The notes below the pieces were generated by a model. It saw only the letters and a list, made by a program, of their open reading frames with translations. It was not told the DNA's origin and searched no databases. A program made the position numbers and the translations under genes. From an uncultured Methanosarcinales archaeon (GTDB lineage: Archaea > Nanobdellota > Nanobdellia > Woesearchaeales > JAGVZT01): a stretch of 48,765 nucleotides of DNA. Of the stretch, positions 27,196-36,581 are shown piece after piece; the first letter of the stretch is position 1, and every line of letters begins with the position of its first letter. The stretch covers positions 996 through 49,760 of the forward strand of contig CAYQPU010000008.1 in NCBI GenBank assembly GCA_964419615.1, in the 5' to 3' direction.

Positions 27196-29801
27196 CCTGT
27201 AATTGTGATTAAGACATTGTCAAAGTAGGCTCCAAATCCTTCAGTAGCACTGCTCCACCCACCGATTGCAGCACCCAAATCAAGATAGTAATTACCCATT
27301 TCTGTTATTGAAGATGTTATGTTTAAAGTCTCACTTCCTGAATCATCAGCTGGATCATTCATAAACCATAGTTCATTATCTGAATCTGCATCATCATCTC
27401 CAGTATCAAGTGCAGATCCTAGCCAGACTGTTGTTGAAGGAGTGGTTAATCTTGCTTTTATCCAAGCTTCTTCACCTGCTTCAAGCGAGTCTCCATAATC
27501 TGCGTCAGCATCCGCTATCCAATCAAATGAAAGGATTGCCGAACCCCCATTTTGAAGGGCATTGTAATGTTCTGGTTTTATTTCAAATTGTACACCATAT
27601 GCTCCGCTTGTCATGAATCCTGTTATTGAACCATCATCAGGAGTTGCTGGTGCACTTGGTGCTCCACCACCTAATTTGACCTGGATTCTATTATCTCCTC
27701 CTACTGTTGAGTCTCCAATGTTTGCGTCCATGTCCGGATCTATGTTAAATTCTACTGAACTTAAAGAACCACCATAAGGGTCTTCTTGCCAGTCCCATCC
27801 GTCATCTGCATCAATTCCAAATGTGTTTTCTGATGTGTTCAGACCAGAACTAAAGTCGACTGGTAGCGGGCTGTCAATTGCCAGGTCCCAGATGTTTACA
27901 AAAAATCCTGGGCTAACATTAACTTGGACTTGGGCAAAGTCAATGTATTGCTCTGGTCCTGTTTCAACTGATGGATCAAATGTCATTCTTATGTGGATGT
28001 CGTTAGCTAATGTGTATATGTTTATACATGATGAGATGTCTGGGCTTGTGTAATTTGCCCATACTGCACTTGTGTTCCAAGTTGTTATTGGGTCCCAATC
28101 TACACCATTGTAGCATTCAATTTGATGACGGTCATCATCTGGAAGTGCACCACCACCAAGGTTTTCATAGTGAGAAATTGTGAGTATAACTGTATCTATT
28201 ACAAAGTTATCTGAGATTCCAAGCGATGGGAAGTCAAATTCTATGTAATCTGCAGGAGGATAGCTTGGCGGCCCTTCATCAACAGATGTTGCATATGAAC
28301 CATCATTTAATGTTTGAACTTCAGTTGTCCAGGATGGATCAAAGTCTTCTTCAAAAGCAAGCTCTGGTGTTGCATAAAATGTTGTTGCAGGATAATTAAT
28401 GATTAGAGTTCTTGTTTCAGCTGAGTTTTCAATACTGCTAGGAGAATCATCTGTACAATTGATTGTCCAAGAGTATGTTGATTGTGCAAAATTGTTTACA
28501 GTGAATGTTTGAGTTGCACCTTCTGTTACTGAGTTATCTGTTTGATTAGTCTGGTTGTTAATTATTAATTCACATGAATCAATTCCTGAGTCTGCATCTG
28601 TTACATTGTAGACAAATAGTGCATAGGATAATGAACTGTTATAGTTGTGATCTGGTGAGCTTAGTGTGATTTGTGGTAATGCTCCGGTTGAGGTGAAGTC
28701 AACATTTATTGGAGATTCATCTGTGTATGGACCTGATTGTGCTTGAAGTATCGTAGTATAGGTTTCTGAATCAATTCCTGTTGCATTTAAGTAAACAAAA
28801 GTTAGATTACATTGGTTTGCGCTTACCAAGATGCTTGTTGATTTGGTTGTGATTCCTGAATTAAACCCAACATAAGTTGAGTTTGAAAAGCCCAGATTAA
28901 TTGATTGTGCTATTGCAAGATTGTTACATATGTGATAAAGCTTGTATTGTGATTGGCCAGTGTTTAAATCAGGGGCATCCCATGAACCAGGATATAGTTG
29001 TATACTTGGACAGGTTGTGCATTGCTGGGTTTGAGGAACATTCACAACAATTGATAAGGAATTAGTTGCTGTTTCTGAAGTTGTGTTTGAGATTATTTGA
29101 ACCCTACCTGAGTATGTACCTGAATCAAGTGGAGACTTGGTTAGTATATCAACATCAATGTCAGCTGTTTGATTTGATGATAATGAAAAGCTTGTTTGGC
29201 TTAAAGATACATTGATTCCTTCATCACCAATGTAAGATAAGGTTACATCAAGGTTTGAATCTTGTTCATTTGTTACACTTATTTGACCAGAGGTTGAATT
29301 ACCTGGAAGTAATGTTGCTGATAATCCTGTTGAATCAACATCTACAACATTATAACCTATTTCAACATATCCTGCTTGTGACTTAATGGTTATCCAGTGA
29401 TTACCTTGATATGAAGGAATGGAACCTCTGACTGGAAATTTTAAGTTTCGGTATACATCTCTTGTAGATTCTGGGCCAGATACAACTGAAACCACAACAG
29501 TTCGGTTTGATACTTGAGTTGTTTGCACTCCTTCTGGAATTGAAATTAGGATTTTTGTTTGTGCTCCTTCTCCCTGAGAGTATACATAGTTTGCAGTTTC
29601 AGCAAGGTCATCCACAATGATTCTTGCTTTTGAGACCCTGAATTGATTTCCAACTTTTGTCATTAAATCTTGGTTTACTGCTATAAGCGATACAATCAGT
29701 AAAAGTACAAATGCTAAGATTACCATGAATTCTGTTGATACTTGAGCCTTAGAAAGAAGTTTAGATTTAAAACTACTGCTATCTTCCCCTCTTTTTTCCA
29801 T
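27192..29801 (-). CDS. Giant pilin-like adhesin (869 aa): class III N-terminus plus tandem Ig-like/beta-sandwich domains
   Basis: SKA|QVSTEFMVILAFVLLLIVSL; VYSQGEGA pilin domain; Ser/Thr/Asp-rich beta domains with Cys pairs. Confidence 0.82.
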   Translation of the reverse strand: MEKRGEDSSSFKSKLLSKAQVSTEFMVILAFVLLLIVSLIAVNQDLMTKVGNQFRVSKARIIVDDLAETANYVYSQGEGAQTKILISIPEGVQTTQVSNRTVVVSVVSGPESTRDVYRNLKFPVRGSIPSYQGNHWITIKSQAGYVEIGYNVVDVDSTGLSATLLPGNSTSGQISVTNEQDSNLDVTLSYIGDEGINVSLSQTSFSLSSNQTADIDVDILTKSPLDSGTYSGRVQIISNTTSETATNSLSIVVNVPQTQQCTTCPSIQLYPGSWDAPDLNTGQSQYKLYHICNNLAIAQSINLGFSNSTYVGFNSGITTKSTSILVSANQCNLTFVYLNATGIDSETYTTILQAQSGPYTDESPINVDFTSTGALPQITLSSPDHNYNSSLSYALFVYNVTDADSGIDSCELIINNQTNQTDNSVTEGATQTFTVNNFAQSTYSWTINCTDDSPSSIENSAETRTLIINYPATTFYATPELAFEEDFDPSWTTEVQTLNDGSYATSVDEGPPSYPPADYIEFDFPSLGISDNFVIDTVILTISHYENLGGGALPDDDRHQIECYNGVDWDPITTWNTSAVWANYTSPDISSCINIYTLANDIHIRMTFDPSVETGPEQYIDFAQVQVNVSPGFFVNIWDLAIDSPLPVDFSSGLNTSENTFGIDADDGWDWQEDPYGGSLSSVEFNIDPDMDANIGDSTVGGDNRIQVKLGGGAPSAPATPDDGSITGFMTSGAYGVQFEIKPEHYNALQNGGSAILSFDWIADADADYGDSLEAGEEAWIKARLTTPSTTVWLGSALDTGDDDADSDNELWFMNDPADDSGSETLNITSSITEMGNYYLDLGAAIGGWSSATEGFGAYFDNVLITITG

Positions 29802-29861
29802 AATACTTAATTTAATAAAGAGGTTATTTATATATATTGCGAAGTTTTAATATGTAAAGAA

Positions 29862-30566
29862 TTAAAATATTACAATTTCTTCAGGAGTTATCCGTATGCC
29901 TTCTTCTGCTACTTCCATTAACATTGTGCTTTCAGAGTGATGTGTTCCTCTCATTTTTATTATTTCTATTGCTCGTATTCTTTTACCTCTTTGCTTAATG
30001 TGATATAAGAGAATAATCCCATCTACTTCAAATTCTAATGCTGCAATTATTGTTCCATCATATGGAGATGCCCCCTCTGATGTTAAAATTGCTGTTAGAT
30101 CCCATTTAGATATAAGATCAAATAGTCCAAGAGCTGCTTGTTTTTTTGATAGTTCATCTTCATATAATAAAACAAAAGAGCTTATTGAATCTATCACCAA
30201 TCTTTTTATTTTTGACTCGGTGATTAGTGTTTCAATAATTCCTCCTCCTTCAATTAGAACTTTTTTTACTTGAGCAGGTTTATATTTTAAAAAAATGAAT
30301 TTACCTTCTTTTTCATATTTTGCAAGATCCCAACCAAATTCAAGCATATCCCTGTACAATTGATCTTTTCGTTCCTCAAATGTTATGTACATTCCAGGTT
30401 CATTAAATAGCTCAATACCTTTAACCAAATACTCAATTGCAAATATTGTTTTTCCTGCTCCTGCAGAGCCTGCAACAAGGTTAATACTTTTTTCCCTAAG
30501 ACCTCCACCGATTAGACTATCAAATCGAGGTATTCCAGTTGGTACTCGTCTTATTAAATCAGGCAT
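29862..30566 (-). CDS. KaiC-like/RAD55-family RecA-fold ATPase (single domain)
   Basis: RVPTGIPRFDSLIGGG, Walker A GSAGAGKT, Walker B RLVIDS, IEIIKMRGT. Confidence 0.92.
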   Translation of the reverse strand: MPDLIRRVPTGIPRFDSLIGGGLREKSINLVAGSAGAGKTIFAIEYLVKGIELFNEPGMYITFEERKDQLYRDMLEFGWDLAKYEKEGKFIFLKYKPAQVKKVLIEGGGIIETLITESKIKRLVIDSISSFVLLYEDELSKKQAALGLFDLISKWDLTAILTSEGASPYDGTIIAALEFEVDGIILLYHIKQRGKRIRAIEIIKMRGTHHSESTMLMEVAEEGIRITPEEIVIF

Positions 30567-30663
30567 TTTGTATCTTTATTCTTGTTAAGATTATATATAA
30601 AGTTTTCTATATATGTAAATAAATAATAAATATTAAATAATTGAAGTTGAAAAGCAATGAAAC

Positions 30664-31233
30664 ATGTTAGATATTTTTATTGAAATACTTCAGTATTCTG
30701 GTCTTATTGGAGCAATCCTTGTTCCAATCTTATTTACAATTTGCTGGAGAAGGAACAAAAACTTTAAGTTTTCAAAACAAACACTCTGTTCCTGTGGAGG
30801 CACAAAAGAATCTGGTAAGTTGTTTGTTTTTTCACTGACATTATTTGGTATTTTTCAGGGATTATTTGTGATTGGTATTCTTTATAAGTTTTCATTATTT
30901 GATAATTTATGGGTTAGTGTGCTTCCAGTTACTGCCAGTTTGTTTACTTTTTTAGCAGGTTTAATTTCGGTTAAGGTAAATAGAAAAGCTCATGATGTAC
31001 TTGGTTATTGTGTTTTTGCTTTGCTAATTGTTTGGTCTTTGATTCTACCTTGGAGTTTGATTGGAATTAATTATCTTGTTGGTTTGATTTCTTTAATTAT
31101 TTCTATTGTGTTGGTTGTTGGAACTGGGATTTTGTTTTTTATTTATGGTGGATGTGCTATTCCAGAGATATTCTTTTTGGGGATTGTTATTGTTTGGAAT
31201 TTGTTTTTTAGTTATGTTGTGAATTTCTTGTGA
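30664..31233 (+). CDS. Multi-pass membrane protein, DUF998-like
   Basis: 5-6 TM helices; conserved-looking His in RKAHDVLG; family call from memory of the motif. Confidence 0.55.
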   Translation: MLDIFIEILQYSGLIGAILVPILFTICWRRNKNFKFSKQTLCSCGGTKESGKLFVFSLTLFGIFQGLFVIGILYKFSLFDNLWVSVLPVTASLFTFLAGLISVKVNRKAHDVLGYCVFALLIVWSLILPWSLIGINYLVGLISLIISIVLVVGTGILFFIYGGCAIPEIFFLGIVIVWNLFFSYVVNFL

Positions 31234-31477
31234 TTGTGTCTTCAGATTAAATCTAATTAACAATAGTTTTAAATATTTATTTGTCTTCTCTAAATTTATG
31301 AGGTCAGTCACTGTCCCTAATGTTGTTTTTATTATTATTTAAATAGAGCTCTGTTTATAGAGCATAAAATTTAGCATGTAGAGACAGTGCTCTAGAACAT
31401 GGTAGCGCAAGCTTTATTTGGTTTTGTTTGGAATTGTTCTAGTCTGGACTCTATTCTTCTAAGTATCATTATTTTTT

Positions 31478-31512
31478 AGGCTTGCTCGACTTGATTAAGA
31501 GCAAGCTTTTTT
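31478..31512 (+). terminator. Hairpin plus T6 tract (intrinsic terminator-like) upstream of ATG 31557
   Basis: AGGCTTGCTC / GAGCAAGCTT stem followed by TTTTTT. Confidence 0.5.
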
Positions 31513-31556
31513 GTGATAATTAGGGGAGACTATAAAGAACAAAAGGTGAGGGAAAA

Positions 31557-32087
31557 ATGAAAGGAAATTATCAATTAACTAAGTTGGATGGATTAAAGCT
31601 GTTGGGACTGGGAGTAGGTGTAACAATATTTGGAGTTGTCCTGGCAAATGTTGTACCAAAACAGGTTTATTCTGTTGTGGATGCAGCACAAATGAATTAT
31701 TTGGAACTGGATGTAGAAACTCAGGAAGAACTAACAGAGTTTTTGTTAGGTAATCCATATTTGTTTGATTTGTCAGGGGATGAGGATCTCAATGTGCTTT
31801 TTGAAAGTGCATATGAATTTGAGTTACCATCTAGTACATACAGTGATACACTAACAGATTTTGTTGGAGTTGTTGTTACAGATAGATTGGGAACAGAAAG
31901 ACTATTGGTTAATAGCGGAGAATTACATCAAGTAGAGATGTTTGTGCTGGAATCAACAGGAGATGCAATGCTGTCAACAGACTCACTTGATTATGGACTT
32001 TGTTGTGTTGGATTTTATACTTGGAGTACAGCAGAGTATGGGTTTAGTCTTGAAAATGGAGAGCTTGAAGTTTTAAGAACTAAATAG
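31557..32087 (+). CDS. Hypothetical membrane-anchored acidic protein
   Basis: 176 aa, GGTGAGG SD, N-terminal TM. Confidence 0.75.
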   Translation: MKGNYQLTKLDGLKLLGLGVGVTIFGVVLANVVPKQVYSVVDAAQMNYLELDVETQEELTEFLLGNPYLFDLSGDEDLNVLFESAYEFELPSSTYSDTLTDFVGVVVTDRLGTERLLVNSGELHQVEMFVLESTGDAMLSTDSLDYGLCCVGFYTWSTAEYGFSLENGELEVLRTK

Positions 32088-32150
32088 CTTTTCTTTTTTA
32101 TTTTTTATTTAAGGAAGTTTTAAATAGTCTCTTGTATGTGGTAGAGTAAA

Positions 32151-32543
32151 ATGAAAGTCAAACATTGTAATTTAATCATACCATTAAAATGCGAGGTGGA
32201 TTCACCATTAGTTGACGCTGCAAAAGTCTTAAAAGAAAATAAGCAAAGAAGACTAATTGTTGTAAAGGATGATGTACCTATTGGTATTATCTCAACAACT
32301 GATATGAGTAACAGAGTTGTTGCTGAAGGAAAAAGTCCAACTGATCTTAAGGCTGAAGATGTTATGACACAACCAATTTTTCTCGAATGCGATGTTGAAG
32401 ATAATGTAGCTGAGATTTATCAAAAGATGCTTAAGCACAAGAGTTTCTTTGTTCCTGTTAAGAAAGAGGGTAAACTGTATGCAATTCTAACTTATGGAGA
32501 AATAATAAAACAAGTTGAGGAATTATTGCAAAATGAGTCTTGA
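32151..32543 (+). CDS. CBS-domain pair protein
   Basis: RRLIVV...PIGIISTTDM, AEDVMT, FVPVKKEGKLYAILTYGEI. Confidence 0.88.
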   Translation: MKVKHCNLIIPLKCEVDSPLVDAAKVLKENKQRRLIVVKDDVPIGIISTTDMSNRVVAEGKSPTDLKAEDVMTQPIFLECDVEDNVAEIYQKMLKHKSFFVPVKKEGKLYAILTYGEIIKQVEELLQNES

Positions 32544-33261
32544 AGATCTTGTTGAGCCAGTTAGGTTTGGAAGAAACATTATGAGCGAGCTTGAAAAAAT
32601 TAAACCTCAATTAAAAGCAACATTAATGAAAGAGGTTTTGGGCTATCAAACTCAGGATGGGAGAACCATTGACCAGATTGCAAAGGAGAAGGGACTTAAT
32701 GTACGACAATACGTTGACGAACTTGCAGAAAAGAGGTTTAGTAATTTTTATAAGATTGAAAAACTGTTTGAAAAACTAGAGAATTTCCTAGCTAATGCTG
32801 ATTTTGACAATCCTTTGGTTGAGATTACCATTAATAGTTTAGGTAGACCTGTTCTTGCACCAGTTTATGCTGTTGTTCATGCAACCTATAAGGCATTATC
32901 TGGAATATTGAGAGGCTGGGTTGGCATGGATTTATATGAACAAAATATCAAAGGAGGACTTTATCAAGCAATTGATACAATTGTAATGGATCTACAAGGA
33001 GCAGCTGATATTCTTGGTATTAGGGATATTGTTGACAGGCTTAATTTACCTTCAATAGAAGACAAGATTTTTCAGGCAACAATCCGAGACACACTTGATT
33101 GGATTGAAAATGATGGGCAGGCAAAGAAAGGTTATATGGATAAAGTGATTGATTATGTTGGTAATAAGATTACTCCAAAGGAAAAAGAGCCTGGAACCTA
33201 CAATGAGAGACAGTCATATTTTGGAGATATTATGGCTCTTAACTCTTATCCTCTAAGGTAA
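32533..33261 (+). CDS. Hypothetical protein
   Basis: Long ORF; ATG 32533 (MSLEDLV) overlaps the CBS gene end. Confidence 0.7.
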   Translation: MSLEDLVEPVRFGRNIMSELEKIKPQLKATLMKEVLGYQTQDGRTIDQIAKEKGLNVRQYVDELAEKRFSNFYKIEKLFEKLENFLANADFDNPLVEITINSLGRPVLAPVYAVVHATYKALSGILRGWVGMDLYEQNIKGGLYQAIDTIVMDLQGAADILGIRDIVDRLNLPSIEDKIFQATIRDTLDWIENDGQAKKGYMDKVIDYVGNKITPKEKEPGTYNERQSYFGDIMALNSYPLR

Positions 33262-33645
33262 TCAATTATATCTTGAATCATATTTGCTTTTGTTGATTTC
33301 AGTAACAAGTTTAGATAGAGTTGATTGAGGAGCAACTGGTATTGAAGATATGAATAATTCAGCATATGCTGGATTGTCAAGTGTTCCATTTAGGTTATGG
33401 GTGCTCAAACGAGGTATTTTTTCTATAGATTTCCAGAATTGTTCTGGATTTGGTTTGTATGGGGCAAAACCTGCTAATCTTAAGTGAACATGCACCTCTG
33501 CTGAACCATAACCTGTTAAGTATTTTGTGGCTGTATTTTGGTCAACTTGTAATATGTTTACAAGATAAGCTTTTACAATTTCTTCATGATGACCATTCAC
33601 ATTTTTGGCTAGATTTGTTACAATTTGAGAAATGTCTTTTTGCAT
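33262..33645 (-). CDS. Hypothetical protein
   Basis: 127-aa ORF, ATG start, convergent with 33261. Confidence 0.65.
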   Translation of the reverse strand: MQKDISQIVTNLAKNVNGHHEEIVKAYLVNILQVDQNTATKYLTGYGSAEVHVHLRLAGFAPYKPNPEQFWKSIEKIPRLSTHNLNGTLDNPAYAELFISSIPVAPQSTLSKLVTEINKSKYDSRYN

Positions 33646-33688
33646 GAAATAAGGAACATTGGATCATTTTAATAGCTGATGTTTAATC

Positions 33689-34273
33689 CTAAAAATTTAG
33701 TTTTTCTCTTATTGGATCTTTGTCATAAATTAGAATGTAGAATAATGTGGCAAGTATTGCATGAGAGAGTGCTGGCCAGATAATGTTTCCATACCTTAAG
33801 TAGATTGTTGACCATACAAGGTTTACTAACATTGTTCCAATAAAAAATAGTTTGGATTGCAGATGAAAATATCCGTAAAAAACAGTTGTTATGATGATTG
33901 AAAATAAGAAGCTGTTTGAGAGGTTGAATATTGTTTCTAAGAAAATGTATTGGAAAAATAATTGTTGCACAAATCCAAATACCAAGTAGAGTGTAAATAA
34001 TAAAAGGATGTATTTTGTACTCACTTGTTTTTTCTTTTTTAATGGGATTATTGCACCAGAAAATATTAAGGTGAATGCTAAAGTTAGAATTCCAGATTGT
34101 AGTAATGTGTCTTTTGAATATAATAGTCCAGTACCCATTTTTAACTTGAGAATCAAGATAATTAATACTGTGATTAACATCAGTGCTCCATTCCAACTAG
34201 TGTATTTTTTTGTATAAAGGTATGTTACTAGGAGAAAAAAGCTTAATGCTAGGCAAAAGTAGTTTAGATACAT
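33689..34273 (-). CDS. CPBP (CAAX/Abi) intramembrane metalloprotease-like protein with degenerate motif 1
   Basis: FVQQLFFQ in place of EExxFR, FYGYFH, WPALSHAIL; multi-TM. Confidence 0.65.
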   Translation of the reverse strand: MYLNYFCLALSFFLLVTYLYTKKYTSWNGALMLITVLIILILKLKMGTGLLYSKDTLLQSGILTLAFTLIFSGAIIPLKKKKQVSTKYILLLFTLYLVFGFVQQLFFQYIFLETIFNLSNSFLFSIIITTVFYGYFHLQSKLFFIGTMLVNLVWSTIYLRYGNIIWPALSHAILATLFYILIYDKDPIREKLNF

Positions 34274-34304
34274 CTTCTTGAAAGGATTATTCTGTTGACT
34301 TGTA

Positions 34305-34685
34305 TTATTTATTTGCTATTTTGTAAGACAAAGTTACATAATCCCACATAGGTTTACACATTTCAAATAATAGCTTACCATCCAAATCTAGTACTCCTGA
34401 TCCAATGCCTGAACCAAATTTGTGGAGCATAATATCTCTCATTGCACCGTAATTATCAACATAAAAACTATATTCATCTGTCAATGGCCGAGGTCTTACA
34501 ACACCATTTTCAACATATACTTTTTCATATAATGTTACTCTTCTGATATCCCCATCTAAGTGATCCATAGGGACTACACTTAACAAGACTTCAACTGTTC
34601 CATAAGCAGGTAATTCTATTAAATCATCTGGGATTATTAATCCACTTTGTTCAATAAATTTTTGTGCATTTTCGTGTAATTTCAT
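34305..34685 (-). CDS. Hypothetical protein
   Basis: 126-aa ORF, GAGG SD. Confidence 0.65.
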   Translation of the reverse strand: MKLHENAQKFIEQSGLIIPDDLIELPAYGTVEVLLSVVPMDHLDGDIRRVTLYEKVYVENGVVRPRPLTDEYSFYVDNYGAMRDIMLHKFGSGIGSGVLDLDGKLLFEMCKPMWDYVTLSYKIANK

Positions 34686-34772
34686 TTTTACCTCTCATTT
34701 GTTTTATTAGTAAGTGATTATTACACTTGTAATATGTAATTTATTATTTAAGTTTTTTTGGATTAATTCTAA

Positions 34773-35186
34773 TTATGAGTATATATCTAAAACCTTATCT
34801 TCAAGATGAAATGTGTGTGGTTCATCTTCTTGATGTTGGTATTTTCCCAATTCAGCTAAATAATGCAATACTCTGTGTGAACCAAAGTATACACCGACTG
34901 TAGATTGAGGTAATAGTAGGGTTTTAATGTGATTTAATTTACTGTTTTTGTATGGTAATTTTTGGTTATCACATATTACGAATAGATCATCACAGCGCCT
35001 AGCTTCAATATACCAATCCTCAAAGAGAATAAATATTGCACCTCTGTCTCCATTTGGATGCTTTAATGTACCTTTTGCTAAATCTGTTTCTAAGGAACTA
35101 CGAACAGAAGAGTGAAGTGGTAAAGGTTTACCCTGATATCCCTCAAGCTTGTATTTATGAGGTTTATCTTTCCAAGGGAAACTCAT
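34773..35186 (-). CDS. Hypothetical protein
   Basis: 137-aa ORF, ATG start. Confidence 0.6.
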   Translation of the reverse strand: MSFPWKDKPHKYKLEGYQGKPLPLHSSVRSSLETDLAKGTLKHPNGDRGAIFILFEDWYIEARRCDDLFVICDNQKLPYKNSKLNHIKTLLLPQSTVGVYFGSHRVLHYLAELGKYQHQEDEPHTFHLEDKVLDIYS

Positions 35187-35249
35187 ATCAGAGAAAATGT
35201 GTGATAAGGTAATATATAAGGATTTGTGTGTTATGGAACAACTAAAAAA

Positions 35250-35681
35250 TCACTTGATTATTCCGCCATGATAAAAAAGAGTAAAAAAGTCTTTACCAAT
35301 TAATTTGATTATTTCTTTTCCTGAAAATAATTCAAGATCACCTTGTGATTCATCAAAATATTCAAAGTCTTTATCTTTGAAATAGCTCGGACCTCTAAAT
35401 GGTTTTTCTTCTTGAATATGGCTAAGTGCTTTTTTTAGAAATTGCATAAATTCTTCGGAGCTTTGACCAGATCCATAATAGTTCATTGCCCAGATCAATT
35501 TGTTATCTTTCCACACCAATTCTTGACCAGTAAATGATTTTGAACCAAAGTAAGTATCTGTGTATTTGTAATCTGATTCTGCATACATGAATTGGTCGCT
35601 TCCATCAGGAAGTTTACTTGGCTTTGCTCCACTTGCATATGTGATTTTTTTTGCTTTGATAATGAATTCCCTTAGTTCCAT
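35250..35681 (-). CDS. DUF5680-like protein
   Basis: FIIKAKKITYA, YTDTYFG...FTGQELV, WAMNYYG, PFRGP, FSGKEII, YHGG motifs. Confidence 0.8.
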   Translation of the reverse strand: MELREFIIKAKKITYASGAKPSKLPDGSDQFMYAESDYKYTDTYFGSKSFTGQELVWKDNKLIWAMNYYGSGQSSEEFMQFLKKALSHIQEEKPFRGPSYFKDKDFEYFDESQGDLELFSGKEIIKLIGKDFFTLFYHGGIIK

Positions 35682-35753
35682 GAAGTGGACAATATAATTT
35701 GTGTTTTTAAGTCTTTGGGAAGAGATAAATATTTGAGTGATGTTTTAATTTTT

Positions 35754-36071
35754 ATGATACAGCACAGACTTCTAGTTGACGAATTAGAAAAACTATATAA
35801 TAATTGGCTATGTTCTGCAAAAGTAACTTATGAAGGTTTGGTGGAAGCAAATGCGATTTTTAGAGTTGATAAGAGAACATTATTTTGGAAAGATAGTTAT
35901 CAAGTAAGTGGTCTTATTACTGTTGATGAACCAATAGATCTTGAAGTTAGAGATCTTGAGATTGTACTTCAGACCACAGCAAAAGATGGAGTGATATATG
36001 ATCTTAGAACTGTGCGAGGTCCTGTTGTGACTTTATTCCCATTTTATGAACACAAAAAACTTGTTCAATAA
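35754..36071 (+). CDS. Hypothetical protein
   Basis: Track ORF 35685-36071; ATG 35754 preferred because the GTG start lies only 3 nt from the divergent ATG 35681. Confidence 0.55.
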   Translation: MIQHRLLVDELEKLYNNWLCSAKVTYEGLVEANAIFRVDKRTLFWKDSYQVSGLITVDEPIDLEVRDLEIVLQTTAKDGVIYDLRTVRGPVVTLFPFYEHKKLVQ

Positions 36072-36081
36072 TTGAACTTTT

Positions 36082-36480
36082 CTAGCCAGGAAGAACCCTA
36101 TCAGGTAGATCTACTAATTTTTCTTCAACCTTGCTAGTATACTCTGCCATTGCATGAGTTGGATACAAGATTATCATTGCTGGTTCTTCTCCTTTAAAAG
36201 TTGTGTGTGCAAATCCTAATACTCCTTTATTATATGAAGCAGCAACTTTGTTATCAATGACCAAACCATTAGTTACTTCGTGATCAACAACTAGTTCACC
36301 ATACCCACCTATTTTGGTGATTTGATCCAAAAGATAGTTCTGCATATCCTGACCCAAGATTGGTTCCTCAGTGGCCAATAAAATCTTAGTCACTGAATCT
36401 TCAGTAATCACTCGTACAATTTGAACTGGATATTCACCCAAATGAGCTTTAATTTTTTCAGTTAGTGTTTTAGATGCCAT
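36082..36480 (-). CDS. Hypothetical protein
   Basis: 132-aa ORF, ATG start. Confidence 0.65.
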   Translation of the reverse strand: MASKTLTEKIKAHLGEYPVQIVRVITEDSVTKILLATEEPILGQDMQNYLLDQITKIGGYGELVVDHEVTNGLVIDNKVAASYNKGVLGFAHTTFKGEEPAMIILYPTHAMAEYTSKVEEKLVDLPDRVLPG

Positions 36481-36581
36481 AAGTGATTAAGAAAAAAAGA
36501 TGTATTAATGTTTTTCTATGCTCTAATAATTGGGTTTTAATCTAGATATGCAAAAGTATTTTAAGGTAAATATGTATTTGT

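Noticed and set aside
1014-30566. Circadian KaiABC clock
   Set aside because: Both ATPases are single-domain, no KaiA/KaiB is seen, and the KaiC phospho-site region reads EDFLAD / LEFEVD with no Ser/Thr pair
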